From assembly GCA_048618745.1 (NCBI GenBank), contig JBMCCQ010000002.1, positions 1 through 44,301 of the forward strand: a stretch of 44,301 bases of DNA. The letters are read 5' to 3'. Shown one piece after another: positions 44,208 through 44,301 of this stretch. Each line of letters starts with the position of its first letter. The first letter of the stretch is position 1. The notes under the pieces were generated by a model that worked only from the letters and a program-made list of their open reading frames with translations, had not been told where the DNA came from and made no database searches. The position numbers and the translations under genes are program-made. The DNA is from Candidatus Nanoarchaeia archaeon. GTDB taxonomy: Archaea; Nanobdellota; Nanobdellia; Woesearchaeales; DSVV01.

Positions 44208-44301
44208 GTGTTACACCAGAATAAGGGATACTACTTAAACCCCAATATAAACATAAACAAAATTGAAGTCGTTTTTAAAGTTTTCGCCGTATTTTAGAAA
44301 G

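Noticed and set aside
1-44301. tRNA, rRNA or other structured RNA genes in the intergenic gaps (5380-5510, 7164-7297, 22025-22137, 22330-22429, 27770-27910, 29568-29691, 34502-34685, 38329-38556, 42360-42432, 44208-44301)
   Set aside because: All gaps are short and strongly AT-rich, with no tRNA-length GC-rich cloverleaf-like segments. Only the 28-nt hairpin at 34510-34537 stands out, and it is reported separately.

Overview
AT-rich, densely packed window with standard stop codons. It is almost certainly from an uncultivated archaeon, either DPANN-like or a small euryarchaeote; I cannot place it further. Archaeal hallmarks are deoxyhypusine synthase, a Dph6-like diphthamide enzyme, NMD3, RNase P Rpp21, DUF460, class III (prepilin-type) signal peptides, and TATA-like boxes about 26 nt upstream of several ATGs (leaderless style), with GGTGA/GGAGG Shine-Dalgarno sites before internal operon genes. 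I found no rRNA, tRNA, CRISPR array, transposase or integrase. Left to right: a metallophosphoesterase (partial), DUF2085 and membrane proteins, a HAD hydrolase, a ZnuABC-type metal importer, three tandem paralogs of an unrecognised 7-TM protein with a conserved 4-Cys loop, an Ada-type Zn-finger protein, deoxyhypusine synthase plus a PLP decarboxylase, and Isf flavoprotein plus GNAT. An ~11 kb, 15-gene minus-strand operon (10865-22024) follows, and it is the most interesting part. It encodes an Epd/Tad-like type IV pilus machine: a FlaI/TadA-type ATPase, two TadB/C-type platform proteins, one major and several minor class III pilin-like proteins, one of which carries a Cys-rich PSI/myxo-repeat-like module. 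The same operon contains an ArlH-like KaiC ATPase, a P-loop-less KaiC paralog, a translationally coupled CheY-CheC pair, and two zinc-ribbon proteins, one with a histone-H1-like Lys/Ser/Thr tail. After it come housekeeping genes (rhodanese, Rpp21, DUF460, patatin, NMD3, Dph6, IMPase, SufBC, an SLC12-like transporter, Nif3, an ATPase-less S16 Lon-like protease, SppA, a tRNA thiolation PP-loop enzyme). Next is a double-zinc-ribbon gene followed by parA, divergent from a tightly coupled four-gene operon whose first three genes encode highly charged coiled-coil proteins, and finally a B12-binding radical SAM enzyme.
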